From Folioceros fuciformis (taxonomy: Eukaryota): 32,548 bases of DNA. Under the pieces are notes generated by a model. The model did no database searches and was not told where the DNA came from. It saw only the letters and a program-made list of their open reading frames with translations. The stretch spans positions 1-32,548 of the forward strand of contig JBNGIO010004152.1 in NCBI GenBank assembly GCA_049999805.1. Direction: 5' to 3'. Positions 1 to 11,620 of this stretch are shown here, one piece after another (the first letter of the stretch is position 1; each line of letters opens with the position of its first letter). The translations under genes and the position numbers were made by a program.

Positions 1-600
1 TCGTGAGCCACGGGGGCCTTGCAGCCCCTGCCCCTACATCCACAAGCCTCCCGTAGCCTGCCTCCACAGCATAGCCTGCTCTCGCTCCTTGCCGTAATGC
101 CGCTCTTCACTGTAACGCCGCTCATGGTTTGGCACTGCCATCCATTCTGGTATACCCCATTACCGGTAGTTAAACCCTATGGATGCGAAGCACAAAGGGC
201 GGCGAGGTGTTCAGCCTCAATAAAGGGTTTGAATAGTGTGCTTTGCTTACCTTGTGTTCAACCTAAGTATTGAGCCTAAGTAAAGAATTCATAGCTTAGA
301 ATCCAGGTTGGCCTATTCTCCTCCTCTTTTTGGTAGGAGTGGAGTGCTACGATTAGTGCTATTGTTTGTCCGGGTGTTACTCCTCACCTTTTATTTTATA
401 ATAAAAATGTTTTAATGTTTTTTTTATTTTGGGAAAAGAATATGTAAGAAAACCACGAGGAACCCGGAAGGTGAAGTGAAACAAGTACGAAAGTGAGGAG
501 GGAGTGGGGCTTGGTGCTAGTGCTGTAAACGGAGTCTCTTCTCGGAGTCACTTCTAATTCTTCCGTTGTTTTGGATCGGCTGCGTTCGTGCTCGTCCAAG

Positions 601-2256
601 ATGCCGGCTACCGCGGGAAGGGTGCGCATGCCCGCTAACAACAGGGTGCACAGCAGCGCGGCCCTGCAAACTCATGGCATCTGGCAGAGTGCCATCGGAT
701 ACGATCCCTACGCACCGGACCAGAAGAATGTGCAGCATGACGACCGGTCAGGGGCTGCGGATGCGGCGGCCGGAGCAGCGTCGGCGGACCAGCAGAATGC
801 TTACGACTCATTTCAAGGGCTGCTGGCCCTGGCTAGACTCACCGGCTCCAACGCAGATGTGGCTCGGGGTTCTTGTAAGAAGTGCGGCCGTGTCGGCCAT
901 CTCTCCTTCCAGTGCCGCAACTTTTTGACAGCCAAGGAGGAAGCAGCGGCTGCCGTTGCTGCAGCCTTGGAGCGGGAGAGAGGGAAAGGAAAGGATGCTG
1001 ATGGGCTTGGAGAGGTCTCCAGTTTGGAGAGCTCCTCTGAGGAGAGTGAGCTGTCCGACAGTGACGAGGACTCTGAAATGGAGCGCATCATTGCTAGCAA
1101 GTTTGGGAAGATGGATTCCAAGGCTAAGGATAAGCTCATAGCGTCGGAATTGCGGAAGAGGATGAAGTCCAAGAAGAAGGCGGCCAGCTCTTCCTCTGAC
1201 GAGACTGATGCGGATTTGTCGGAAGGAGAGGAGGAGAGGCGTCCCAAGGAGAAGCGACGGAAGGAGAAGGGAAGGTCACATCGTTCGGACAGGCGTAGTA
1301 AGTACAGGAAGGAGCCTGCGAGTGAGGAAAGTGTGGACAGCAGTGATGTGGAGGAGAGGCCGAGGCACAAGCATCGCTCTAAGGGAAGTAGTAGGTCTCG
1401 GAGACGTTCCAGGGATTCCCGTGTTTTCTGTTTGGAAGATGTTGCGAGTAAAAAGGCGAGAAACAAGAAGGTGGATGACAGCGGGTCCGATGACCTGAGT
1501 GAGGAGGGAAAGCGTCACCGAGGAACTAAAAAGGATAGAGCGGGGGATGAGACCAGGTCGAGAAAGAGTAGTAGTAGAAGGAGAGAGCAGTCCTCTGATT
1601 CTGATGGTGCGGATGTGAGGATTCACTCCAGGAAGTCTGGAGCTGGTACGCGTGGTGATGGCCACGCTAGGCGAAAGAGCAGCAGGAAAAGGCCATCAGA
1701 ACGATCTGAAGAAGAGGTGTCTGAGGCTGATAATCATAGCCGTGAGAGGAGACGTAAGGTATCTGGTGACCATGACGACAGGGAAAAACACCGGAGTAGG
1801 AGGCACGTAGAACGAGCTAACGAGGAGTTTGAGGCTGATCGGGAGGAAAAGCGCAGCAGGAAGAGGGGACGTGAGTCTCTTGTGGATGTCGAACTTGATC
1901 ACAGGAGAAAGGACAGGAGCAGGAGATACGAAGAGGATTATGACGACGAGGGTTCTGAGGACGTTAGTGAGGATAAGCATGGTAGGAAGGTTTTCGATGA
2001 TCGCGAGGAAGGGGGGAAAAGCAGGGGCAGGAGAGATACAGAGTTGGACGAGTCGCTGTTGAGACCTCGAGATCTTGTGGACAGTGCTCGTTGCAGAGAT
2101 AAGCAAAGGGATGGGGATCGCAGTGACCACAGTTCTATACGGAAGTGGCCTGAAGAGCAGCAAAGGTCACGCAGGCACGTTGAAGTGGAGAAGTACGAGA
2201 TCGACAGAAGGGGGTCCAGGAAAAGAGATTCGGATGGCAGGTTTGACGGGAAGTGA
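601..2256 (+). CDS. CXIP4: CAX-interacting protein 4-like: nuclear protein with a CCHC zinc knuckle and a long Arg/Ser/Asp/Glu/Lys-rich disordered tail; single exon, 551 aa
   Basis: ATG at 601 gives the diagnostic N-terminus MPATAGRVRMPANNRVHSSAALQTHGIWQSAIGYDPYAP. It is followed by NAYDSFQGLLALARLTGSNADVARG and the knuckle CKKCGRVGHLSFQC. Stop TGA 2254-2256. Confidence 0.9.
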   Translation: MPATAGRVRMPANNRVHSSAALQTHGIWQSAIGYDPYAPDQKNVQHDDRSGAADAAAGAASADQQNAYDSFQGLLALARLTGSNADVARGSCKKCGRVGHLSFQCRNFLTAKEEAAAAVAAALERERGKGKDADGLGEVSSLESSSEESELSDSDEDSEMERIIASKFGKMDSKAKDKLIASELRKRMKSKKKAASSSSDETDADLSEGEEERRPKEKRRKEKGRSHRSDRRSKYRKEPASEESVDSSDVEERPRHKHRSKGSSRSRRRSRDSRVFCLEDVASKKARNKKVDDSGSDDLSEEGKRHRGTKKDRAGDETRSRKSSSRRREQSSDSDGADVRIHSRKSGAGTRGDGHARRKSSRKRPSERSEEEVSEADNHSRERRRKVSGDHDDREKHRSRRHVERANEEFEADREEKRSRKRGRESLVDVELDHRRKDRSRRYEEDYDDEGSEDVSEDKHGRKVFDDREEGGKSRGRRDTELDESLLRPRDLVDSARCRDKQRDGDRSDHSSIRKWPEEQQRSRRHVEVEKYEIDRRGSRKRDSDGRFDGK

Positions 2257-2510
2257 TGGACGAATACCGGTGACCTTTCTGCCAAGAAGACGGATGAGCA
2301 GCATGGCCGGTTAGCAGACGACTGGAAGAAAGTGTGGCTCTAGGCCTCACAAGGGAGGTGAAAGCCTTGAAATTTACAACCGGGGACAGTAGCTTTCTCG
2401 TGGACGACGATTTGATATTAACTACGACCTCATCTATGTAAGTAAACCGAGTTCTAGTCTAAATAAGACCTGCAAAAGGATGGCCAGTTGGTCGTCAACT
2501 TAAACAAGAC

Positions 2511-4191
2511 TCAGCTCTTTTGTGCTCCCTTTTCCACGCAACCGTTTCGAATTTTGCATAACTTCGCCAATAAGCCTGTTAACTGCAGGAGCGTGCTTAC
2601 TCCATCCGCTATTCGCATGTGGCAAAAGCCCACTGCCTGCATTCCAAATCAACCACACAGAGGTCAGACGGATGATGATCTTAAGCTAGCAATGAGAACG
2701 CCTGCTAATGAATATTCTTACCCTAATATATTCCAGTTTCAGATACTCCGGCATGTCGTAATTTCTGACAACTCGAAATAAGGTTGTTATTATGTCCGAT
2801 GCAGCATAACCAAGATCATAGAGTTGCTTGAGGCCGGTGTATGCATCGTCCAGACTTCCATTGAGTGTATGTCGAATGATGTTGATGACCAAAAGAGGAT
2901 GTGGCTGATCACAAACCTGGGAAGAAGCAAACGTCAAGATGTCCGCTACTGTTTTTAACCAGCACACAATTCACAAAGCTAAGATCAGGATAGACGCCAG
3001 CTTTTCTCATGTCACATCAGAATTACCTTAAACACATTTTCTTGTGTAACAAGATGGAAACCACTGACAGTGGCCTGGAGATTGTTAAGAGCCTGTCGCA
3101 TGTCACCATCGGCAGTGAAAACGACTGCTTCGAGGCCCTCAGGAACGCTTGGTACCTGACATTCAAGTGAAAGCACGACACAGAACTCTTCAAAGACATT
3201 CCAGACCGCCGACGCCACCTCGAGGTTTGAAAAGCTTAACCGCCGTAGAGGGTTAACCCACCTTCTCAGCTTCGACTACATAGAGCAGTCTTTTAAGAAC
3301 ATCCTGATCTGACAGCCGTGAAAATCGTACAACTGCACATCGACTTTGTATGGGTTCGATGATCTTGGATGAGACGTTACACGCTAACGCAAATCTTGTG
3401 GTTTTGGAATATATCTCCATTGTCCTACGAAGGGCCTGTTGAGCAGCAGACGTCATGCTACAGGCCAACCATGAACGAGTAAGAAGAAAACAGCGGAAGT
3501 ATGACTGTTTGCTGGGAGATCCAAGATGTGGGAAGTGGAAATGAGACAGGCATGTACATAGAAAATCCAACCTGTCCGCCTCATCCAGAAGCACAATTTT
3601 GTGCCGGCTTGGTGGCAAGGTCACCTTTGTCAAAGCAAACATTTTGATCTTGCTTCGCACCACATCTATTCCCCTGGCACCCACTAAAGGTTCAGAAATT
3701 ACAACAAAAGAATAGAATGCTTCCAAAGGCTTGCAACGAAGGTTTCTTGAGGGCACACCTGTCATCCGACGCATTCAGTTCAAGCACCCCTTCCTTGTAA
3801 CAGGGACCAAGGAGCTCCTGGGCAAGAGCTAAGAAGGCTGTAGTTTTCCCGCAACCAGGAGGACCCTAATAATTTCGTTAAGAAGACATCGGAGAACCTC
3901 TCGCGAACGTGATGACCAGCCCAAATTTCTTGCAAACGACACACAAGCAGCTCTCATCTATCTTAAACAACTAATAAATCCCCGCCTGCTTCAAGCAGAT
4001 AACGAGCAGGATACAGAGAAGATTAGGTTCGGCATGTTCCCATCTCGGGCGATCACCTTCAGCCGTTCCACAATTTCTGGATTGCCAACTATGTCAGCAA
4101 CATGTTGCGGCCTGTATTTCTCCACCCACGGCAAATCGAGGTCTTTCGAAGCCGAGGAAGCAGGTCCAGCAGCTGAAGAGCCTCCCTCCAT
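2511..4191 (-). CDS. RFC2: Replication factor C small subunit (plant/human RFC2, yeast Rfc4 type), AAA+ clamp loader, 343 aa. Exons 4191-4015, 3865-3759, 3673-3572, 3457-3262, 3155-3027, 2916-2722, 2636-2511
   Basis: Motifs [26 protein letters not shown] (Walker A), [22 protein letters not shown] (Walker B), [21 protein letters not shown] and [10 protein letters not shown]. All six introns are GT-AG and the exons sum to 1032 nt in frame. Confidence 0.94.
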
Positions 4192-4416
4192 GCTCGGTTC
4201 AAGGGAAGACTCCCGCCTCCACCTCTCACGGCTTAGAGCCCTTCGGTAGCCTTCCAAAACCGCCTCCCTGCTCACACAGCCATGATGCAGCCCTGACGTT
4301 GCCAAACTTCTTCCCCTCAACCTTCCAAGCCAGCAATTCCAGCGCACTCCAGGCTCCACTCTAGCCTCAACCTCAAGGCTGCAGGGTGCAGTCGTGAAAG
4401 TGAAACGATTCACGAA

Positions 4417-4430
4417 TTTTTGGCGGGAAA
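4417..4430. promoter_or_regulatory. Overlapping double E2F-binding site in the RFC2/COQ9 divergent promoter
   Basis: TTTTTGGCGGGAAA contains TTTGGCGG (+) and TTTCCCGC (-), both matching the E2F consensus TTTSSCGS. It lies ~230 bp upstream of the RFC2 ATG, and E2F control of replication genes is established. Confidence 0.6.
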
Positions 4431-4654
4431 GACGATTCACGATTCGCACGGGGGAAGCGTTCCGCTAAAGCCCAGAAGGTTAGTCGAGCGTGACACACCT
4501 TGCCCTGTGTCGTGGCAAAGCAGCCTGCCACGAGTCTCGTCGCGACTACAGAAAGGCGCATGTACATATGTGCCTGACATGGATGAAACGAAATTATACA
4601 TGGAGAGCTGCCAAAGGAGGATTCGAGGACGTATCGAGGCGCCAGTGTACAACG

Positions 4655-6527
4655 ATGGCAGTCGGTCGCATGATCGCACGCCGGCTGGGGAGTCACATCT
4701 GCCATGGAGCGGGGCGCATCGCAGCGGCAGGCAACAATTTGTCGCGTCCGTTCAAGGACGTGGCTGAAGCGTCAAGGAGCGGGGACTTCTGGCGTTCGTT
4801 CAGCAGGGCGTCTGGCCAATTGAGGATGGTATGCCTGGAGAATCGGGATGAGGGAGGTTTGAGGAGGTTGATGTCCACAGACGCTGGAGGCAAAGGATCA
4901 GGTGCCCCCGTTTGCATCTTTGGTCTGACTTGGTGAGCTTTTGCTAGGGGTTCAATGGCTGCGGGAGGTGAATTCTGAATTTCCGGTGCAAGATGGCCGT
5001 TGTGCATGTTGTTCTGGCGGAATTTAGGCTCAGTTTGCGTTTAATGGAAGTGATTGTAAGTTGTGATGTCTTGTTCGTTACAGACCATAAGGCGACGACT
5101 GTGGAGGAGCCAGGAAGCGCTGCTGATGAAGGAACGAGTACCTCGGAGGAGGCAAGCAGCGAAGCGGACAGTGCAAAAAGTTTTGGAACAGCGTCCAGCA
5201 GTTCTGAACAGGGAGCTAGCACCAAGAAAGAGCGAGTGGTTGATGACAAAACTCGGACTCTGCAGGCAGCTTTGACTTATGTGGTAGGATGGCGAGCTGG
5301 TACTTCAGTTTGAAGCTACTGTTTTTGTTGATTGGTGATGGCCATTCTAGTTTGCCAGGCTGTTGAAAGCTTGGGGAGTCGTCTGAAGGATGTCCGTTTA
5401 AGTGGAGTGTATGTTCTCCACATCCAGCCAAGACTTGGATGGACAGAGGCAGCTATTGCGGAGGGAGCTAGGGATATCGGCCTTTCTCCTTCGATTGTGG
5501 GTGCTTTTCCTCGAAAAGAGGCTGAGCTTGTTGAGGTGAGAAGGCCTTCGCGACTATTTCATGCAAGTGGCCCACAATCCCTACATTGGCACTTGATTTT
5601 CTCTTGATGCTATGCAGTTTTTCATGGAGGAATGCTATCGAAAGCTGGTTAATGAGGCAGAGTCGCAAGAAGATGAACTGTGCAAAATGTTGCTTCGTGA
5701 TCGACTTGCAACTTTGATTCGCATGCGACTGGAAATGCAGGCACCGTATGTGACCAAGTGGCCACAGGCACTTAGCATTCAGGTACTACCGATCAAGTAG
5801 CTCAGCAGCTTGTCCACGCTTTGCTTCTCTCAATTGTCTCAATCGAATCTTTTAATATCCGTATCATACGGTGTCGACCCCTATCTGAAGTTCCGACGAT
5901 GCAGTGCGCTCATTGCTCACACTGCAGCCTCCTTTTCCCCCTGTCTTCAGGCATATCCAGCCAATGTCCCGACAAGTTTGAAACAGAGGGCAGTGCTAAT
6001 TGATGAGATCTGGCATCTTGCTGGTGATAAATCAACAAACGCAGACTGGTATACCAAGCGGGGACTTTTGGCGGGAGTGTACTCCATGTCGGAAATCTAC
6101 ATGTTAACTGACTTTTCTCCAGGTTATGTTATTGAGGCTCGTTTTTGCTTCTGTCATGACATTAGGATATCGTGATCAAATGCATGCCGAGTGTTGTGAC
6201 CATAGCGTTCTCGCGCGGGAGCTAATGAGCTGAACAGAGTCTTTCTTCATGATCCAGGGTTCCGTGATACTTGGGCCTTTACTGAGAAACGCATCAAGGA
6301 TGTTGTGGACTGTGGGAAAGCAGCTCAGGAGGTACTTGTTTGTTTTGGTAGTTAGGTGTCATTACTAGGTCGACAGCAAGACTTGCTATCGCATGCTAGA
6401 GTTCTGTCGTTTCATTAACCTATCGCCTCTCATACTCCAGGCTGGCCATTTGGCGAAAGCTGTGGGGGTTGGACTTGCGAATACTGTCCAGTCGTATCTG
6501 AAACGACTTTCACGAGCTGGATTTTGA
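4655..6527 (+). CDS. COQ9: Mitochondrial ubiquinone biosynthesis protein COQ9, 350 aa. Exons 4655-4901, 5084-5283, 5428-5535, 5618-5782, 5951-6122, 6258-6331, 6441-6527
   Basis: Arg-rich transit-peptide-like N-terminus (MAVGRMIARRLGSH...). Conserved blocks LQAALTYVPRLGWTEAAI, KWPQALSIQAYPANVPTSLKQRAVLIDEIWHLAGD, DWYTKRGLLAGVYSMSEIYMLTDFSPGFRDTW. Introns are GT-AG and the 1053 nt are in frame. The start codon is inferred. Confidence 0.9.
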
Positions 6528-7078
6528 AGGGCTGGCTGTTAAGGTGCAGATTGAGCATGTCTGGTCAGACAATAGTCACTTGTTGAGGCAAAATCAATGC
6601 TTTCCAATACTCGACCGGAATTTTTAAGCCCAGTTGTAAGATATTGAATTCAGTGGCAATGAATTCTCTGTGTTGATGGCATTTTTCGGACACACCCAAA
6701 GTACGGACTCTATGTCAGTGTAGAAGGGAGAAATTCTGAATGTTGTTGATAGCTACGAAGTGTGGAATAGCCGTGTCCCTCGGTCTAGCAAATTTGGCAG
6801 GGTCACCCCTGCGCAGTTATACCGGAAACGTTGGTACTATACAACTTAAGGGCTGTTTCGAACCACCATTTGCTGCGTTGTAAGCTCCCAAGTTCCTTGA
6901 TCCACACAACATTGAGGACAAAAATAACGAATAAACTAGAATTGGATGTGTCAAATTATTAAGATATGCAAATTCTCTCAGAAATAAAACCTCATACAGA
7001 GCTACATGCCCGTACCCTCTGCACCAGTTATCCGTACACAGATATTTCCAAAATTTACAGCGGACGCTCATACTCATA

Positions 7079-9981
7079 TCAAACCTCTTTAGCTCTATCG
7101 TGTCCATTTTCCTGGCCTGCCGTATCACTGGCGGAAGGGACCCTTCTCAGACCATCTCCGTTTGCAACTACGTAAGGATACGATCCTTCGGTATTCACGT
7201 CAACCCCGTTAACTGCATGGTCTGTCAAGGCACCTCCGTTCAATCTAGTAGACGGAAATGACGTAGTCGTCACGATTCTCTGCAGATCCTCCACAATCTC
7301 TTTCATCTTGATCAAACTTGAGCCACCAGAGTAGCATCGTCCAAAGCAAAGGATGCAATAAGGGCAGGCGACCTGCAGGGCATTTCCCCATTAAGAGCAT
7401 GCAGCACACCATGCAGACATTTGTGAACTGAGACTTAAAGGAGAGACCATACCTCAATGAACGCCTTACACAAGGCCTGAAAGAGGTTTGACTCGCTGTC
7501 CCGTAACATTCGAGTGGCATTATATCGTAAAAGAGAATCCGATACACTTTGCAGAGCTTGTTGAAGTTCCATAACCACAACCTTTTTAAGGTTCAATGGA
7601 GCACAATGACGCAGCTCATTGAGAGCAGCCAGTACACCTGAAGAGGTGAACATTCACCTAATTAGGACTTGCAAGGCTCTTGTTCTTCCACACCATAGCT
7701 AGAAAGAGGAGAAAACATTACCATTGACAAAAGCAGCCAAAGGCGGGTGCTCCATGAGAGAATACGGAGGTGCAACATCTTCAAAGCCGTCATCACCACT
7801 AGCCCGTACAGGGGCTCCAACAGGGGGTAGTGGAACCCAGCGATGTGAATCGAGGACATGCTACAGGTCATCACACAGCAAAATTACAACGGGGAGTCCA
7901 ACCTCAAACCTGCCAGCGCTTTCACAGCAGACGTACCTGGAAACTAGCAACTGTCACTGACATGTTGCGCTTGAACAGCTCATGCACAGAACTGAAGCAA
8001 CAAAAAGAAAAACATCAGCCATCAGGTTCGCTCACTACTGCGTGCATACAGTGGCATGGGATCCTAGTGTCCTGATAAAGTCATGGAAAAGATGGGTCCA
8101 TCTCATATCTTACCGTTCAAATAAAGGTGGCAACAAGCCTCTGAAGTCAAGCCCCACCCGACCAAGGCTCATCCCACAGTACTGCACAAACCAGAGGCCC
8201 ATCCTGCTGCATGTTACACAACAGATCGTAGGTTGGTACCAGAAATCCTACACAATGCTTCACACTCTAGACATTGAGATCCTAGTATAGTCCATGCTTT
8301 GGTATGGCAAGACGATGCCACAGTGAAGGTGGAATTGCTTTGTCTGACGGGTCGACGGTATTTACCATGCACTGCTCAAGAATTATCCCAAGAGAAACAC
8401 CCTCGGTGATCTTTGGCAGAACAGCCTGGAGAACTGCAAGATGTGAGGTTATCCTATGTAAAGCCCAGCTGTACAGCAAGCCACCGTCACTGTTATCCTC
8501 GTTGCCAGATGTATCATCAGTGAATATGGCCCGGTACTGTGTAACCACATCAAAGAGATGGACTCGATGAGAGTCAGCCATTCTCTTGAGGTACTCATAC
8601 GGATTTCCCTGATCCAGATCGTCAATGATGCCAGCCAGCCATGCTTCTCGACATCTTAGAAACTGCAGTAACACCAACAAATACGTCTCAATTCAACACG
8701 GCTCTGACAGAAAGATAAATACTTTGAATGTCTAGGTGACGTGATCCGGAAAACTGGAGGCATTATAGACAAAGAAGCTACTTGTAGCCGCATTTCATGC
8801 TCGCTGAACACTGCCAATCTCCTCAGGTAACCAATAACTCTGAGACACTCAGGGAGCTGCCACAGTGACACAGATATCCATAAGCACATGCACAGGCTAC
8901 TCGTAAAACTTGAACATACCAAAGGCTGCAAAGCACGAACCTGGATATTGGAGCGAAGCTTTTGCAAAATCTGCGAGAGCAAGGATTCTGTCGTTGACTG
9001 CACTTCCGCTGCCAATGATTGTATTACCGGAAGCCTGCAGACAGAGAGGCGGCAAAGCACCTTTTCATTTTTTCCGTTCAAGACAAATATGCAAAAACTG
9101 CACCTTGCAAAAAGAGCACCTTGAATGCATTGTTGCCAACTTCGAGACAAAAGCTTCGAGGTCAAGCGCTTCATCATAGTTCCCATTGCGTACACACCTG
9201 CAGAATCACAGAAAGTTTAGAAAATCACGCAATACCACCTAGGAGCCAGCAGTGAGCCCCTTCGACCTCGTGCAGGCAGTGGCAAACCCTGGAAGAAAAT
9301 GTCGTGAGCATAAAGGTCAAAATCTATAGAGGTCATGACAATACGTGTCCATGAGTTGGGGAATCTCGAGCAAGTCCAGAAGGGTGCCGTGATGGCTGAG
9401 TAGTGTACGATTCAGCTTCCGCTTCTCCAAGATCTGCTGCGCATCGTTCATGAACTCGTTGCATCCAGCTGTGAGATTGGGTATCTCTGCAACCTGCGCA
9501 TGCAACATTCACCTGAGCCTCATTTTCTACACAATTCAAGCGCCAAGTCCAAGTCGAGTTCCCCCCTCACCAGCGATTCCAAGTGCTGGTCCACAGACTG
9601 GATTTCTTGGCGAATCGACTGCACAGCGTCAGCTGCTGTGATAAAAGCCCTGTAATGTCCCACGGCCACCTCTTGCATCTGCCGCTGAATCCGCTCCGCA
9701 TCCACACGCAGAAGCTCCGGCTCCTGCTCCAGTCAACCCGGCATTGTCAAGTACAAGCTCTTCCCCCACGAATCCTATGCCACAGTCCTCGGACAGAGCA
9801 GAAACATGCAAGGCCAACCCGATCCTCACGACATGTGACCAACGTTTGACACCCTTACCTTGTGCAGCCGATCCAAAGTGAAAGACAGCAGCTCCGAAAC
9901 ATAGGCCTGCTGCGATGGGTTGCTTAGGGGCAGCAGTGGGGGCCCGGCGCCCCCCTGGTTCCCCGCAGCTGGAGCGCTCAT
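7079..9981 (-). CDS. COG8: Conserved oligomeric Golgi complex subunit 8 (Dor1 family), 569 aa. Exons 9981-9859, 9723-9571, 9493-9345, 9197-9120, 9034-8941, 8856-8782, 8662-8366, 8181-8114, 7991-7937, 7860-7722, 7637-7453, 7372-7079
   Basis: The spliced product contains [107 protein letters not shown] and [22 protein letters not shown]. There are 11 GT-AG introns and 1710 nt in frame. Confidence 0.94.
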
Positions 9982-10245
9982 CTTGACTGCTGGACCGAAA
10001 TTTTACTCCCCTGCCCTCATCACCAAACCTCAGGCCCTCCAGCAAGGCCACAAATGCATCCGCTTTCCGACAGTGACGGGCGGATCTGAGCCCCCGCTCC
10101 TCTGCCGTTCCTGTTCAAGACCGACGCCGAAGTTTCGCTTCGCTACTCCTCACACTACAGTTACCTATACATCACCAAACCCTCAGTCCCACGTTCAAAC
10201 TGTGGCAACGTTTCCTTGTAGCGTATATCTCCGTCTTATGATGTG

Positions 10246-10265
10246 CCGCCAAATCTGGCGGGAGA
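10246..10265. promoter_or_regulatory. Inverted repeat with an E2F-like motif upstream of COG8
   Basis: CCGCCA-AATC-TGGCGG(GAGA) contains TTTGGCGG on the minus strand, ~265 bp upstream of the COG8 ATG. Confidence 0.3.
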
Positions 10266-10439
10266 GTAAGAGCTGACACAGAGAAGCGTAGAACCGTAGG
10301 GCGTGTTCCGGTGCACTGTGATTGTCGTGTCTCGCAATCTCTGGTCTGTCGCCACCACGGTTTGTAGCTGAACTGTTGGCCTCAAAAATGGAACCAGATA
10401 GTCATCGACAATGCTGTCATGGCTTCCAGTACTTCATGA

Positions 10440-10790
10440 CTAACAGTGCTTCATCCTCGCACAGGACTCTATCCAGGACTCCATGACATTTCGGCGGGGC
10501 ATGTCATCCAGGACTTTACAGTGAAGTTTTGCTGTGGCACAGCTCTCTCCTCCAGGGCATCATGTTGATCCTGTCCTCTAATAGAATTCTTCTTCTTCTA
10601 GCACTCTAGGGAAAGTTCGTTGTGAACACATTTCTTCCCACAAGGCCTGCCAAGGAGACCACATTTGTGAGCTGCCCACTTGGCAGGAAAGACAGCAGGC
10701 TTAGATCTCCCTGGGTTCACCACGAAATACGAAGCTTGCATACGTGCAGAATGTAGCTACCTTGTTGGCCCTACACAGTCACTGGACCAG
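10440..10790 (-). pseudogene. Possible heavily decayed PLS-class PPR gene fragment
   Basis: Manual minus-strand translation gives, in order, ANKVATFCTYAS...EPREI*, NVVS(L/W) and KVLDDMPRRNVMESW. These resemble PLS-PPR consensus pieces (PNKVTF..ACA...GREIH, NVVSW, VFDEMPRRNVVSW). Stops and frameshifts occur throughout. Confidence 0.3.
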
Positions 10791-11620
10791 TGTAACATCT
10801 AGGGATAGATCATCTGTGCGGCAATCTAGGCAACAGAGGTGACCTCTCCATGAAAGCGCCAATACATGACACAAAACGTACGCGATGCATGTCCCTCTTT
10901 ATATACGGGTGATGGGAGAGATGGGTGATGCTATCCCACGTATGTACGTGAAGGGAGAGGTCTTTACATTGGTGATCCTTCTTTCTCCACCCAAAGCCTC
11001 TCATGTGATCTAGCCATCTGCTTTTAACACCTTTCGGGGTAGAACACCTTATATCTACTTGACAACTCGGAGATGAGTCTAGAGGTGCTACTCTTGATTC
11101 ATAATGTCTAGTCTTAAGATCTATAACTAACGGACTACTCCCCTTCACATAGCATGTAGAACACTTCTTCATATGCTCCCCTTCATATAGCATGTAGAAC
11201 ACTTCTTCATATGCTCCCCTTCACATAGCATGTAGAACACTTCTTCATATGCTGCTCTTTATTCGAGATTCTTAGTACCCTTATAACATGTAGAACACCT
11301 CCTCCAGATGCTGCTCTTGGTTTAGAATACTTTTGTTGGCGATCTCCACCTAGGCAGCTACTATTGCTTTTCACTCCTTCAAAAATTTCTTTGCTAAGTT
11401 TTCCATATGTCTGTCAACATGAAGCTCACAATCGAGTCTCTCCCTCAAGTAATGAGTATCCCTATATTCAAAGCCTCTATTCTAGCCCTTATATATATCC
11501 CACAACTGGCCTCACCTAGGCTGCTCCTTATAATGGATTCCATGGATACCAATCACCTCTAAAAGTCCACATTGAAGGATATTGTTGGTTGTAACAATTC
11601 TAGAGCTTTCTAGAAAACAT
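10791..11620 (-). mobile_element. LTR-like remnant (probable solo or degraded LTR of an LTR retrotransposon)
   Basis: TGTAACA occurs at 10791 and at 11590-11596. There is a minus-strand TATA-like GGGATATATATAAGG near 11486-11500, an internal 38-bp tandem repeat and a TCTAGA-rich motif at 11598-11615. No convincing target-site duplication was found, so the boundaries are uncertain. Confidence 0.4.
11138..11253. repeat. 38-bp tandem repeat, 3 copies, plus a degenerate partial copy at ~11278-11318
   Basis: Unit CTCCCCTTCAYATAGCATGTAGAACACTTCTTCATATG starts at 11138, 11176 and 11214. Confidence 0.9.

Noticed and set aside
1..450. 84-aa ORF and an imperfect hairpin at ~318-343
   Set aside because: The ORF has a non-ATG start and no motif. 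The stem is short and imperfect, and the context is cut by the window edge.
571..600. ORF-track start of CXIP4 at 571
   Set aside because: It is a TTG. The conserved N-terminus MPATAG begins at the ATG at 601.
813..2285. Long minus-strand ORFs (217, 155, 129 and 115 aa) opposite CXIP4
   Set aside because: Ser/Leu-rich shadow frames of a purine-rich low-complexity CDS.
9629..10276. ORFs of 140 aa (-) and 118 aa (+) around the COG8 start
   Set aside because: Alternative frames over COG8 exons 1-2 and the 5' UTR. The conserved frame starts at 9981.
10810..11202. 130-aa minus-strand ORF
   Set aside because: It lies in LTR-like sequence, begins inside a tandem repeat and has no protein motif.
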